Source of the DNA: an uncultured Lachnospiraceae bacterium
Lineage (GTDB): Bacteria; Bacillota; Clostridia; Oscillospirales; CAG-272
Direction of reading: 5' to 3'
Length of the DNA: 64,000 nucleotides
NCBI GenBank assembly: GCA_964638675.1
Contig: CAZXAU010000004.1
Coordinates: 62,977-126,976 of the forward strand
Shown: one piece after another, positions 18,837-29,720 of the stretch
Layout of the letters: every line of letters starts with the position of its first letter
How positions within the stretch are numbered: position 1 is the first letter of the stretch
The notes under the pieces: generated by a model
What the model saw: the letters and a program-made list of their open reading frames with translations, nothing else
Databases searched by the model: none
Told to the model about the DNA's origin: nothing
Position numbers and translations under genes: made by a program

Positions 18837-19892
18837 TCAGAGAGCAGCGAGGCGTTTCTTAATGTTCACATACCTGCAATCATCTTTTACCGGAACAAAT
18901 ACATACTCTTTATTATTGAGGTATCTCAACTGGGATTGAGCCAGTGTTTCTTCACTGCTTTTTGTAATGTTGTTTTGATTGATTTTGACCTTGTTTACAA
19001 GCAAAGATGAATGTGAGATTTCAGTGAAACCTTTATAATTTTTAATATGTTCGAGCATCTGTTCAAGCTCGTCGAGTGCTTTTTCAAATTGTTCGGATCT
19101 TGCGCTTTCGATTGCCATAAAGAAACTTATTCTTGCCAAACGCTCATCCCATAATCCGAAATCTTTATTCGGAAAGATCATATAGAAAATATCATACAAA
19201 GTATTCCACATTGAATGCTTTTCCTTATGGGTGTATCCGGAAGCATCGCAGTCGAGCAGATATTTCATATACAGATACATCCGGTCGCATACCTTCCAAA
19301 AATAATTACGGCAATGATCTACAAGTTCATCGCCTTCAAGTACATGAACACGCAGATCTTCTGCGGGCGGCATCATCTCGGCATACTGCAAAGCTTTATT
19401 TCTGTCACCTTTATGCAAATAGGAGAAACACAAACCGCGAATGGCTCCCATTCTATATTCCATATTGGCAGATGCTAAAAGCCGTTCTCCGAGCATGACG
19501 ATTTCATCAAAGCTTTCATCAATATATCCGTTTTGTAAGACTCTCATTAAGTAATAGTTTATTGTTTCGTCATTCGGATATTTTTTCTGCATGGAACGGC
19601 ACAGATCCAATCTTTCCGCTGTTTTTCCTTGGCTATGCAGCTCAGCATATTTTATTGTGAATTCTTTGATCTCGGATTGCTTTTTACTTTTGGCAATATC
19701 AATTTCAAGCAAAACATCGGCGCTGACCTCAAAAATGTTTGAAAGTACAGGGAGATGAGAAATGTCGGGTGCGGTCTTATCACACTCCCATTGAGAAACG
19801 GCATTTGTGGAAACCCCCAATAATTCAGCAAGCTGCTCCTGCGTGATATTTCTATCTCGTCGCAGTTTTTTAATCGTAGTTCCAATAGACAT
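18837..19892 (-). CDS. XRE HTH regulator with TPR-like domain
   Basis: TQEQLAELLGVSTNAVSQWE..PDI; LCFSYLHKGDRNKALQYAEMMP. Confidence 0.9.
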   Translation of the reverse strand: MSIGTTIKKLRRDRNITQEQLAELLGVSTNAVSQWECDKTAPDISHLPVLSNIFEVSADVLLEIDIAKSKKQSEIKEFTIKYAELHSQGKTAERLDLCRSMQKKYPNDETINYYLMRVLQNGYIDESFDEIVMLGERLLASANMEYRMGAIRGLCFSYLHKGDRNKALQYAEMMPPAEDLRVHVLEGDELVDHCRNYFWKVCDRMYLYMKYLLDCDASGYTHKEKHSMWNTLYDIFYMIFPNKDFGLWDERLARISFFMAIESARSEQFEKALDELEQMLEHIKNYKGFTEISHSSLLVNKVKINQNNITKSSEETLAQSQLRYLNNKEYVFVPVKDDCRYVNIKKRLAAL

Positions 19893-20147
19893 AATATAAT
19901 CTCCTTTGTTTTTTCAAAAGCACTTTTGTACCATAATTATATACATCTTCTTTTTGATTTTACACCAAGTATTTTACGAGCGTAATTAAATTAATGCTTT
20001 ACTTTTTTCAGTAATAGTTTATCACAAATGTATATAAAACATAGTGCTTCGGCACAATGTCCGAGACTGTACTGTATATCTACTCAGGAAAAGTCATTAA
20101 TACATATGTGGCACTCTCGTGGGCACTAACGAAGCCCAGAAATGCAT

Positions 20148-22004
20148 TTATTTCACGGCGTGCCACACCTGCATCTCACATACGCCTCGGTTGGCAAAGG
20201 CATAATACGGTATTAACTTTGCTTGTGTGACGATATCAGAGTCATGCTTAACGCTGTAGAGCGGAGCATCTTTATCATATTTTCTTCTGTACGCCCTAAC
20301 TCTCAGAACCGGAACTCCGAGCGAGACATCCCTGTCCGTGATAAAACGAGCCCTGCCATCAATACATATATCACGGAGATATGCACCGTTATCCACACTT
20401 TCCATGCAGTATACAACAGGCCCTTTCATGACAGCATATCTCCGACAGTCAAAGACAGCCTCGGGTCTTGCTTCGATCAGACGCACCTTCATTCCGAAAT
20501 CAAATGAGAGGCTTTCTCCGTCTTTCACATCAAAATATGCGTACCCTTTGACCGTTTCACCGGTATAATTTTCGCACCAATCGGGAATCCTCACGGCGAT
20601 TCTCGTATCTGCACCGGTCACCGTAATGCATACCTTTCCGCTCTCCGGAAAACGAGTCTTTTGCTCTATACATATCTGTGTTCCTTTGCGGTCAATAACC
20701 GTTTTACTCTGCATATACTGATGCACATACAGCGTATGACCATCATCTGTATAGAGCAGATCTGCCAAAGACGAGATAAACCGTACGATATTGGGCGGAC
20801 AGCAGGAGCAGGAAAACACCTGCGAGCGTTGCATCTGCGGCCAATGCATTGAATGATGTGTACGGCTGACATCACGTGTATGAAGATATGGTATTATCTC
20901 CAGCGGGTTTTCGTAAAAGAAAGCTTTGCCGTCAAGCGACACAGACGAAAGAAAGCCGTTATATATTATCCGCTCTATGGTATTCGCATATTTGGAATCG
21001 GGATCGAGTCTGAGCATACGGTTTGCAAACAATGCAAGTCCGAGTGCGGCACAGCTCTCGGTATATGCAAGCAGATTGGATAGGTCAAAGGCAACAGTGA
21101 AGGCTTCTCCGCACGAGGATGAGCCTATACCGCCCGTGATATACATTTTTTTATTTATGATATCGTCAAACAGCCGCTCGCACGCTCTGCGCAGTTCAAC
21201 GTCTCCTGTTTTCAGTGCGATATCTGCCATGCCGCAATACAGATAAACTGCTCTGACGGCATGCCCCTGCGCTTCATACTGCTCTCTTACCGGTTTATGC
21301 GACTGATCGTACAGACTGTTTGACCAATCGGTCGGCTTCTCCTGACGCTTGCCTCTCTCATCTATAAAAAATTCCGCAAGCTCAAGATATCTTTCCTCAC
21401 CGGTACAATCATAAAGCCTGACCAGAGCAAGCTCTATCTCTTCGTGTCCGGGCGTTACAAAAGCCGTATCACGGTCGATCTTGAAACGCTTTTCGATATG
21501 ATCGGCATATCTGCACATACAGTCCAGCAGCTTACGTTTCCCCGTTGCCTCATAATATGCAACTGCCGCTTCTATCAGGTGTCCGGCACAGTAAAGCTCG
21601 TGGCAGCTCCGGTCTGTATAGCGTTTTTCGGGTTCTACCGCGGTATAATATATATTAAAATAACCGTCGTCTCCCTGATTCTTTTCAATGTTATCAATGA
21701 TCTTATCGGCAAGTCGTTCCAGCTTCGGTTCTTTCTTCAGCTTTGTCAGATACGCCACACCTTCTATCCATTTGGCTACATCAGAGTCCCAGAAAATGTG
21801 CGGCCGATGCGGCATTCCTTCCTTCCAATCACATTTGAATGCATCGATACGTCCTGTCTCCTTGAATCGCTCGTATACCGCATAGACGGTCGTATCTCTC
21901 ACCATCTTCTGCTTATGTTTCCAAAGTCCTCCCGTGACGACCGTGTGCTGATATCCTATTTTATTCATGCTTGCCACCGTTTCTTCATTCTCTCTTTTAT
22001 TCAT
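20148..22004 (-). CDS. Glycoside hydrolase family 127 (beta-L-arabinofuranosidase-like)
   Basis: FWDSDVAKWIE, HELYCAGH, GHEEIE, GHAVRA, GEAF, YTESCA, CSCCPPN, IPYYAFANR; start 22004 follows AAGGAG (alternative 21968). Confidence 0.93.
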   Translation of the reverse strand: MNKRENEETVASMNKIGYQHTVVTGGLWKHKQKMVRDTTVYAVYERFKETGRIDAFKCDWKEGMPHRPHIFWDSDVAKWIEGVAYLTKLKKEPKLERLADKIIDNIEKNQGDDGYFNIYYTAVEPEKRYTDRSCHELYCAGHLIEAAVAYYEATGKRKLLDCMCRYADHIEKRFKIDRDTAFVTPGHEEIELALVRLYDCTGEERYLELAEFFIDERGKRQEKPTDWSNSLYDQSHKPVREQYEAQGHAVRAVYLYCGMADIALKTGDVELRRACERLFDDIINKKMYITGGIGSSSCGEAFTVAFDLSNLLAYTESCAALGLALFANRMLRLDPDSKYANTIERIIYNGFLSSVSLDGKAFFYENPLEIIPYLHTRDVSRTHHSMHWPQMQRSQVFSCSCCPPNIVRFISSLADLLYTDDGHTLYVHQYMQSKTVIDRKGTQICIEQKTRFPESGKVCITVTGADTRIAVRIPDWCENYTGETVKGYAYFDVKDGESLSFDFGMKVRLIEARPEAVFDCRRYAVMKGPVVYCMESVDNGAYLRDICIDGRARFITDRDVSLGVPVLRVRAYRRKYDKDAPLYSVKHDSDIVTQAKLIPYYAFANRGVCEMQVWHAVK

Positions 22005-22179
22005 GCCGGCGTTGCTCCTTTCTTCCCTCAAACAAGCTTTTCCGAGTCTAAAACATGCAAAAAACAGTTGTTTTTTCAGACATCTATTGATTTTTTGGGG
22101 TTTATCTGTTATTATTATATAAAACATGATTTTAGTTTTCAATCCCCCGAAACGGAGAATAGGAGCAAAAATCCGACAT

Positions 22180-22965
22180 ATGTACGATCATATCAAATTC
22201 ATGGGCGGCGGCAAATTTATTTCAAGAGGAAAATGGAAGCATCCCGAACGCATAATCGACAGTACGGAAATCATCATCCTCACACAGGGAACGGTGTATA
22301 TATCTGTAGATCAAAGAGAATACATACTTACTCCGGGAGATGTGCTGCGGCTTGATGAAGGTATTCGACACGGCGGAACGAGATTCAGCACCGAAGATGT
22401 TTCTTTCTTCTGGATGCATTTTACAGGTGCAAAAAAGGATGAACTCCCGCCCGCTTACTTTCAGCCGTCAAGCACGGTACAATCAGAGCTTATCTGCCGT
22501 CAGCTCCTGCACTATGCAAATACAGAAGGTTATCCGCCCGAAAGTGCCGACTGTCTCATGCGTGTACTGCTCATGGAGCTGCATTTTGAAAACCAACGCG
22601 CGTCCGTCGGAAACAACCATACATGCATGCATGTATGCACAGCGGTCCGTGAATGGGTACGAGTGAACTGTGATCTTCCGATCAAGGCTTCGGATATAGC
22701 CGCACATTTCAACTACAATGAAGACTATCTGAACCGTATATTCAAACAGTATCATCCCAAAGGTCTGAAAGCGTATATAGACGAAATAAAAATGCAAAAG
22801 ATCAAAAACGACCTCATCAACTCAATGCTTTCGCTGCAGGAGATCGCATCAAAATACGCATTCGGCGATTATAAGTATTTTTTGAAGTATTTCAAATATC
22901 ACGAAGGTGTTTCGCCTACAAAATACCGTCAGGTATATTGCAACATACATACAAACAATTCTTAG
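22180..22965 (+). CDS. AraC family transcriptional regulator
   Basis: Cupin N-terminal domain (HPERII..FFWMHF) and a C-terminal double HTH (YFLKYFKYHEGVSPTKYR); divergent from GH127. Confidence 0.92.
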   Translation: MYDHIKFMGGGKFISRGKWKHPERIIDSTEIIILTQGTVYISVDQREYILTPGDVLRLDEGIRHGGTRFSTEDVSFFWMHFTGAKKDELPPAYFQPSSTVQSELICRQLLHYANTEGYPPESADCLMRVLLMELHFENQRASVGNNHTCMHVCTAVREWVRVNCDLPIKASDIAAHFNYNEDYLNRIFKQYHPKGLKAYIDEIKMQKIKNDLINSMLSLQEIASKYAFGDYKYFLKYFKYHEGVSPTKYRQVYCNIHTNNS

Positions 22966-23216
22966 CCGTTTCGGAAAGAGTGAAGTTATTTATGACCGGA
23001 TCTGTTTCTTTTTTGGGGAATAAATAATTAATCATCAGTTAAGCTCTTGTTCCCACGGCTCAATTGTGAATAGGCAATCGGGAACACCTGTAAAATCCAT
23101 ATATAATTGCTTTGTCAGTTAAGTCGTTGTCGAACTCACCTATCATTAGTTTGCAAAATTGCGAAAAAACACAAAATATTCGGAAATGATCAGAAAACAG
23201 GCGTGACAATAACAAC

Positions 23217-23258
23217 TCACCCGGGCTGTTTCCCTTAATTCGGAATCAGCCCGGGTGA
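23217..23258. terminator. Terminator hairpin after the XRE gene
   Basis: TCACCCGGGCTG..CAGCCCGGGTGA. Confidence 0.6.
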
Positions 23259-23291
23259 TCTTCTTATTTTTTTATAAAGGTTTGAAACATA

Positions 23292-24392
23292 TCATTCCTC
23301 GACATTCCACTGCCCTGCGTACTCGGAGAGTTTATTCCTTATATCGGTAAACTCTTGAGTTTCGCGCATATTGTCAAAAACCTTATTATCCATTGTTTCA
23401 ATAAGGCAACACGCATCATTTTTCGATGAATCTGTACACCATGAGCCGGGATCCATTCCCCTGAAAACAAGAGATGTGTATTTCTCCCCATCGGATGTAA
23501 CAAATTGAATGGCGTGTTCTGCTGCCAGACGAAGGTGTGTCAGTGCCTTATCATTTTCACCGTTTTGAGCATAATAGAAAGCCTGCTCCCTATGGGTGTC
23601 GGAAAGATGTGTATGATAAAATCCGAAATCTCCGTTTTCAAAAAACAGATGCAGCAGTGCTATGCGTTTGTCCCGAAGAATGGCATTCTCCTGTGCTGTG
23701 TAAGCATTCTCTCCCGAATCCAATTTTGTCTGTAAGGTAGACAGAGCGTTTGAAAGAAATTGAAGCAGAGCAGAAGCTTCTTTTTGCCTGGCGTAATATT
23801 TTTCGCTTCCCGAGTAAACACTGCTGAGCAACATTTCCTGTGATATAGCCATAAACGGCATGGATCTTGCCATTTTTACCGCTTCGTCAAGCCTTCCGGC
23901 GTCACGGTAGGTAAAACATAAAGTTTGAATTGCACTGTTTCTTTGACGATCTACGTTGCTTTGTGCAAGGATCTTTTCCCCCCATTTGATGGCCTCATCG
24001 AGATATTTGCGCTCTCCCGTATTCCTGCGGTACTGCCAGAATGCTACATACATCAGTGATTCTATTATATCACAATGATCGGGATATTTTTTCAGCCCCT
24101 CTTCCAATATTTTGCGTGCCTGCTCAAGATATCCTCTGCTCGAGTATTTTTCCGCTTCAATGCAAATTGCGGCTACCTTTTCCTGTCTGCGTGTTAGGTC
24201 AATTTCCAAAAGCTCATCTGAAGTAACACCGAACAAATTACAAAGCGGAGCAATCAGCGAAATATCCGGCATTGCAACATCGGTTTCCCAGCGGCTTACT
24301 GCCTGCGGAGAAACAGACAGTATGTCGGCGAGTTGTTCTTGTGTCATATTTGTATTTCTGCGTAATTTTTTTATTATCTGACCGAATGACAT
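23292..24392 (-). CDS. XRE HTH regulator with TPR-like domain
   Basis: TQEQLADILSVSPQAVSRWE..PDI; LCFTYRDAGRLDEAVKMARSMP; FFENGDFGFYH. Confidence 0.9.
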   Translation of the reverse strand: MSFGQIIKKLRRNTNMTQEQLADILSVSPQAVSRWETDVAMPDISLIAPLCNLFGVTSDELLEIDLTRRQEKVAAICIEAEKYSSRGYLEQARKILEEGLKKYPDHCDIIESLMYVAFWQYRRNTGERKYLDEAIKWGEKILAQSNVDRQRNSAIQTLCFTYRDAGRLDEAVKMARSMPFMAISQEMLLSSVYSGSEKYYARQKEASALLQFLSNALSTLQTKLDSGENAYTAQENAILRDKRIALLHLFFENGDFGFYHTHLSDTHREQAFYYAQNGENDKALTHLRLAAEHAIQFVTSDGEKYTSLVFRGMDPGSWCTDSSKNDACCLIETMDNKVFDNMRETQEFTDIRNKLSEYAGQWNVEE

Positions 24393-24657
24393 ATTAATAC
24401 CTCTTTGTTATAAATTCAGGTGACGTCGATCCTGTAGCTTTATTATATCAGACGGTACCGGGCATTTCAAGTTCACGTTAATTGATAAAATAACAATTTT
24501 AAATTGAGTGCCGGACATGAAAATGACTCTTTAAAAGCTGACCGAATCTGAATTCGGCTTGTTCTGACAGAAATATTATAAAATCAAATCGGGTATATCG
24601 AAATCGGTCTGCCCCTCGCCGCACTGCTGGCTTCGGCACGCAGAGGTTTTATTATGC

Positions 24658-25884
24658 TTATTCGGGTTTTACAAAGAAATATTTTTTATATGATTTTATA
24701 TATCCGTAATAAATTCTCGAAACGATATATTTTCTTTTTGGTGAGTTGTCAGGTTTATAGAAAAGCGTGCTTTCGCTGTTTTTATAAAGCTTTTTGACTT
24801 CCTCACGCAATTTTGGGTCTGCTATATACCTATTCAGAACATATCCGGGTACGCTTGACCACAGTCCGGTTTTCTGCGAATGAAGAGTTTCCCCCGCTTT
24901 TACGCCGTAAACAACATCATCTACGAGAGTTTTTATCATATTTATGCCTGCATTGTGAAGGAAAAAGCTCGTTCTTGCAAGACGGGGATTGATCTCAAGT
25001 ACATAATACTTATTCTTTGTTGCGTCGTATTTCATATCGATGTTCGAGAAACCGACATACCCGATATCTTTGAGAAATTTGCAGATCTTCTCCTCAACTT
25101 CGGGAATATTTCTCGAAATAATGGCAGATGAATTTCCGAGCATTGAAGGTGCGTATTCTTCAAGCACGACCTGACCGAGAACCGCAACTCTGACATTGTG
25201 ATCGGCATCCGAATAGCAATTCATTACCCTCATTGCCGAATCGTTTCCTCTGATGAAATCCTGAACAAGCATATTTCCCTTGAAATCACTTTTGTCAAGC
25301 GCTTTCATGACCTCGAAATATTCATCATAGCTTTTGAGGTAATACACCTTCTTTTTGCCATCAAACTCACAGTGGAGATATTCGGTGCTATTTGAGTTAT
25401 CGGGTTTCATGATATACGGAAAATCCATTTTTCCTATAAACGGAGGATCAAAACGGTTTTCCTTAGTTATTACATATGTCTTCGGATATTCTATCCCATA
25501 CTGTTCACACAGCTCATAGAACTTGTCCTTTTTATACATACGCTCCATGAGGTCTTTTGTATAGAACTTGTTGGCTATAAGTCCGCCGAATTTTTCATAA
25601 TTGCCTGCCACCAGATGCGTATAATAATCGGAGCATGGTATGACGAGAAGTTTACCATATTCTTTTTTCTTCTCTTTAAGTATTCCGCACAGTGTATCGA
25701 CAAATATGTTCGGATCATCGAGTGCTTCAACACATTCGATATCGCATATCTTCGTATATTTTGTTGCCCTGAGTCGCCTTGAGCAGAGCAGAAGCGCCCT
25801 CTCACCGTAGCACTCGTGAACAAGTCTGGCAACCGAATATGCGTTTTCATCAGCACCGAGTGCTATAACAAGAAAATCTTTCAT
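24658..25884 (-). CDS. ATP-grasp carboxylate-amine ligase, D-aspartate ligase (Asl/YxbA)-like
   Basis: LGADENAY, IPCSD, KDKFYELC..YPKT, FDGKKKVY, VQDFIRGND, EINPR; downstream of murE. Confidence 0.78.
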   Translation of the reverse strand: MKDFLVIALGADENAYSVARLVHECYGERALLLCSRRLRATKYTKICDIECVEALDDPNIFVDTLCGILKEKKKEYGKLLVIPCSDYYTHLVAGNYEKFGGLIANKFYTKDLMERMYKKDKFYELCEQYGIEYPKTYVITKENRFDPPFIGKMDFPYIMKPDNSNSTEYLHCEFDGKKKVYYLKSYDEYFEVMKALDKSDFKGNMLVQDFIRGNDSAMRVMNCYSDADHNVRVAVLGQVVLEEYAPSMLGNSSAIISRNIPEVEEKICKFLKDIGYVGFSNIDMKYDATKNKYYVLEINPRLARTSFFLHNAGINMIKTLVDDVVYGVKAGETLHSQKTGLWSSVPGYVLNRYIADPKLREEVKKLYKNSESTLFYKPDNSPKRKYIVSRIYYGYIKSYKKYFFVKPE

Positions 25885-25919
25885 ATTATTTAAATTTCCC
25901 TTTTAATATATAATAAAAA

Positions 25920-27443
25920 TCAGTCTGTCGGAGCTTCATGGCTTTTATTGTATTCCTCAATATATTCCATGACAATTCGTTTATCCGATTTATATGGCAC
26001 ATATCCTTCCTTATGATACATTGTGCATTCTGCACCTTTTCCGGCAAGCACGACAAGATATTCCCTTCCGAAACGGTTCAGAGCTTTGAGCACCGCTTTT
26101 TCTCTGTCCATCTCGATTTCATAAGGGAAACCTTCGGGCAGGTTTTTCACAACATCACGGTTTATTGAATCGGCGTCCTCTTTCCCCGAATCATCGTCCG
26201 AAATATATATAAAATCGCTGTATTTTGCCCCAATCGATGGAAGATCAACTCTTCTGTCAAATGCCTTATACCCCGGACATCCGAAGAGCAGGACTCTTTT
26301 TTTGTCGGGAAATTCTTTAATAAGCGATTGAAACAGGGCTTCATAGCTCACACTGTTGTGTGCATAATCAACGACAACATTAATAACGCCGTCATCCGAT
26401 GAGAAGAATTCCATTCTTCCCGGCACTCTCGTTTTCATCAGCCCTCTCTGTATCGAAGAGGTCGGAATCCCAGCCATATCACATGCGGCGATTGCGGCAA
26501 GTGCATTGGCTACATTGAATTCGCCCTTCATTCCGATTCTGAATTCCCGATCACTGTCGCTTGTCCTGACACGGAATGATATAAAATCACGCTCTGATTT
26601 GATGCGGTATGCATAATAGTCGGCACTTTCGTCCTTAAGGCTGAATGTAATATATTCTCTACTGCAGAGCGAGCCTGTAATTTCCGAAAACTTATCACTG
26701 TCGAGATTTATTATGATCTTTTCGGACAGCGGAAATATTTTTTTCTTTGATTCAAAATAGTCTTCAAAGGTCGGATGCTCTCTGCCGCTTATGTGGTCGT
26801 TTGATATATTGAGAAATATTCCGACATTATAGTGCATCTTGTCCACTCTGTCATATTTCAGACCCTGACTTGATGCCTCCATTACAAAATATTTTATTCC
26901 TGAATCTACAGCGATCCGCAGATCGTTGAAAAGATCGGGACTCTCTGGCGTTGTCAGCTGTGCTTCCTCAAGCTCCCCACCGAAATAATTGTCAACCGAT
27001 GAGAAAATTCCGCAGGGCTTTTCCTCTCTCATTGAGGTATAGTCATCAATTATGGTTTTGACAAAGTACGCCGTTGTAGTCTTTCCCTTTGTTCCCGTAA
27101 TTCCGACCGTGAAAAGCTCTTTGTCGGGGTATCGGTTGTGAAATGCCGAAACTTCGGACATCGTCTGCCTTATATTCCCCACAATTATTATGGCAACATC
27201 ATTTATGCCCTTGATCTTCCCGGGATCATCGCATACAAGCAACACAGCCCCCGATGAAATGGCAGTCTTTGCATATTCTTCCTTAAACGCCTCACCCTTA
27301 CAGAAAAACAGGGTATTCTCACAGACTTTGTCTGTGTGATATGCGATATTCAGGATCTCTGTCTCGCTGTCTTGTGCCTGATCGTTATACATCACGACAA
27401 GGTTTTTATTCATCAGAAACTCAAGGTATTCCTTTATCTTCAT
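25920..27443 (-). CDS. murE: UDP-MurNAc-tripeptide synthetase (MurE family, non-DAP signature)
   Basis: GITGTKGKTTT, LTTPES, MEASSQ, DH..HPTFEDYF, VPGRME, VDYAHN, LAGKG. Confidence 0.88.
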   Translation of the reverse strand: MKIKEYLEFLMNKNLVVMYNDQAQDSETEILNIAYHTDKVCENTLFFCKGEAFKEEYAKTAISSGAVLLVCDDPGKIKGINDVAIIIVGNIRQTMSEVSAFHNRYPDKELFTVGITGTKGKTTTAYFVKTIIDDYTSMREEKPCGIFSSVDNYFGGELEEAQLTTPESPDLFNDLRIAVDSGIKYFVMEASSQGLKYDRVDKMHYNVGIFLNISNDHISGREHPTFEDYFESKKKIFPLSEKIIINLDSDKFSEITGSLCSREYITFSLKDESADYYAYRIKSERDFISFRVRTSDSDREFRIGMKGEFNVANALAAIAACDMAGIPTSSIQRGLMKTRVPGRMEFFSSDDGVINVVVDYAHNSVSYEALFQSLIKEFPDKKRVLLFGCPGYKAFDRRVDLPSIGAKYSDFIYISDDDSGKEDADSINRDVVKNLPEGFPYEIEMDREKAVLKALNRFGREYLVVLAGKGAECTMYHKEGYVPYKSDKRIVMEYIEEYNKSHEAPTD

Positions 27444-27493
27444 TTTCCCAACTTCCTTATTGTTTGTTATATGTGATCGTTAGTTATATATGT

Positions 27494-28864
27494 CTATATT
27501 TTAGGATCATTTACCGAAAAAATCTTCAAGCACTCAAAAATGCTTCCTACGGGTATAATATTTATACCTTTTACGTTACCGCTGAGCTTATTTCCCTTTG
27601 GCAGCAAAACTTCGGTAAATCCGAGTCTTGACGCTTCGCCGATACGCCTTTGCGCATCTCCTACAGGTCTCAGCTCTCCCGACAGTCCAAGCTCTCCGAA
27701 GGCTATCAACTTATCATTGATAGGCTTGTCGTTTTTCGATGAAAGCAGTGAAAGTGCCATCGGCAGATCGCATGACGGATCATCTATTGAAAGTCCGCCT
27801 ATGACATTCAGGTATACATCATCCCCCGAAAATCTGACACCCAACCTCTTTTCAAGCACTGCGAGCACGAGACACAGGCGGTTATAATCTATTCCGTTTG
27901 AAACACGTTTGGGAGATGTGAGAAAGGATCTTGCTGAAAGTGCCTGAATTTCGGCAATTATAGGTCTTGTTCCCTCAATGATGCAGGCGGCACAGTTTCC
28001 CGAAACACCGCAGGGACGGCTTGCAAGAAGCATTTCCGAAGGGTTCGGAACTTCTTTGAGCCCTTTATCTGTCATTTCAAAAACGCCGATCTCATTCGTC
28101 GAACCGTATCTGTTTTTTACGGCTCTTATAATTCTGAAAGACTCCCTGCGTTCGCCCTCAAAGGAAAGCACTGCATCAACCATGTGCTCAAGGACCTTCG
28201 GTCCTGCAATTCCGCCCTCTTTATTTACGTGACCGACGATTATTACGGTTATTCCGGCGTTTTTTGCGTAGTTCATCAGCTTCGAAGCACACTCTCTGAC
28301 CTGTGTTACGCTTCCCGGTGTTGACGAAGATTCTTCGTTATACATCGTCTGGATCGAGTCAACTATCATAAATTCGGGAGAAAGCTTCTCGCACTCGTTT
28401 ATTATAACTCCGATATTGGTCTCGGTCATTACATAAAAGCTGTCGCTGTCTGCCGCAAGACGTTTTGAGCGGTATTTCAGCTGCCACTTTGATTCCTCTC
28501 CCGATATATACAGCACCTTCGACTTCCTGCCTATCGATGCCGATATCTGCATTAATAGAGTTGATTTTCCGATTCCGGGTTCGCCCGCAGCAAGAATTAT
28601 CGAGCCTGTGACAAATCCACCTCCCAGCACCCTGTCAAGCTCACCGATGCCCGATGATACCCTCATATAATCGGGCAGCTCAAGCTCACAGATCTTCTCC
28701 GAACGGATCTTTCCGTCATCGATCCTCTTGCTCCCCGTTTGGGGCGACTCAGAGATGACCTGCTCGCTCAGCGTATTCCATTCGTTACACTCCGGACACT
28801 TTCCGAGCCATTTTACGGTAGTATAACCGCATTCGGAGCAAACATATACACTTTTTGTCTTCAT
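27494..28864 (-). CDS. radA: DNA repair protein RadA/Sms
   Basis: C4 zinc finger, GEPGIGKSTLL, GPKVLEHMVD, KNRYG, GELGLSGE. Confidence 0.97.
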   Translation of the reverse strand: MKTKSVYVCSECGYTTVKWLGKCPECNEWNTLSEQVISESPQTGSKRIDDGKIRSEKICELELPDYMRVSSGIGELDRVLGGGFVTGSIILAAGEPGIGKSTLLMQISASIGRKSKVLYISGEESKWQLKYRSKRLAADSDSFYVMTETNIGVIINECEKLSPEFMIVDSIQTMYNEESSSTPGSVTQVRECASKLMNYAKNAGITVIIVGHVNKEGGIAGPKVLEHMVDAVLSFEGERRESFRIIRAVKNRYGSTNEIGVFEMTDKGLKEVPNPSEMLLASRPCGVSGNCAACIIEGTRPIIAEIQALSARSFLTSPKRVSNGIDYNRLCLVLAVLEKRLGVRFSGDDVYLNVIGGLSIDDPSCDLPMALSLLSSKNDKPINDKLIAFGELGLSGELRPVGDAQRRIGEASRLGFTEVLLPKGNKLSGNVKGINIIPVGSIFECLKIFSVNDPKI

Positions 28865-28960
28865 TTGTTTTGTCTATCCCTTTCCCGAGTCCGTTACCTT
28901 GTATCAATTATATCATTTTATTTTTTGACATTTCGGAAATCATATGGTCAGTTTGTCTCT

Positions 28961-29656
28961 TTAACCTATAAGAGATGTTGCAATTACTGCCGAAAGCTTT
29001 GAACGGTAGTCCTCGCTCAGCAAAAGCTTCGATTCGTTTTCGTTTGACAGAAATCCGCATTCGACAAGTACAGCCGGGCTTTCTATACGGTTGAGTATAA
29101 ATATTGCCGAATCCGCCTTTTTCATTTCACGTGTGTTGTCACTCTGCAGATATCTTATATTCGCCTGTCTGATCGTCTCTCCGAGCTTCTCACTCTGAGG
29201 ATTGTTCGGAGAATAATACACCGTCATACCGTGGCAATATTCAAGCGGAAACTTATTCATGTGGATCGATATGAATGTAGCCCCGGGATGCTCACGTGCA
29301 ATATCCAACCTTGCCGTCAGATCCTGCATTTTCGCACTGCCCTTGTCTGAATTGCCGAGCATTACATCGCTTTCACGTGTCATAAGCGTACTGTATCCGC
29401 AGACATTCAGAATATCATTCACCGTCCATGCGATAACAAGATTAAGATCCTTTTCAAGCGTGCCGTTCAGACCGGACGCTCCTCCGTCCATGCCGCCGTG
29501 TCCGGCATCGATAATAAAATCGATATTTCCGTTATTTGCATTTTCTCTGTTGACATTTTGATCGTTATCTGCTAAAATCGGAAGTGTAAATATTCTTCCC
29601 AAAAGAATTATACCGCAAACAACCGTGAATACAACTCTTTTTATATATCTTTTCAT
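28961..29656 (-). CDS. N-acetylmuramoyl-L-alanine amidase (Amidase_3, CwlD-like)
   Basis: IDAGHGGMDGGA, EKDLNL, SIHMNKF, VECGFLSN; N-terminal signal or TM. Confidence 0.88.
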   Translation of the reverse strand: MKRYIKRVVFTVVCGIILLGRIFTLPILADNDQNVNRENANNGNIDFIIDAGHGGMDGGASGLNGTLEKDLNLVIAWTVNDILNVCGYSTLMTRESDVMLGNSDKGSAKMQDLTARLDIAREHPGATFISIHMNKFPLEYCHGMTVYYSPNNPQSEKLGETIRQANIRYLQSDNTREMKKADSAIFILNRIESPAVLVECGFLSNENESKLLLSEDYRSKLSAVIATSLIG

Positions 29657-29720
29657 AAAAATCACCCGATAAATCAATATTCATCAGATGATTCTTTTAT
29701 TCTTGTTTTATTGGTTTTTA

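Noticed and set aside
21444-22355. 303-aa + strand ORF and other long antisense ORFs (31428-32036, 47365-47943, 50836-51615)
   Set aside because: They are shadows of well-supported genes on the opposite strand and have no motifs or RBS.
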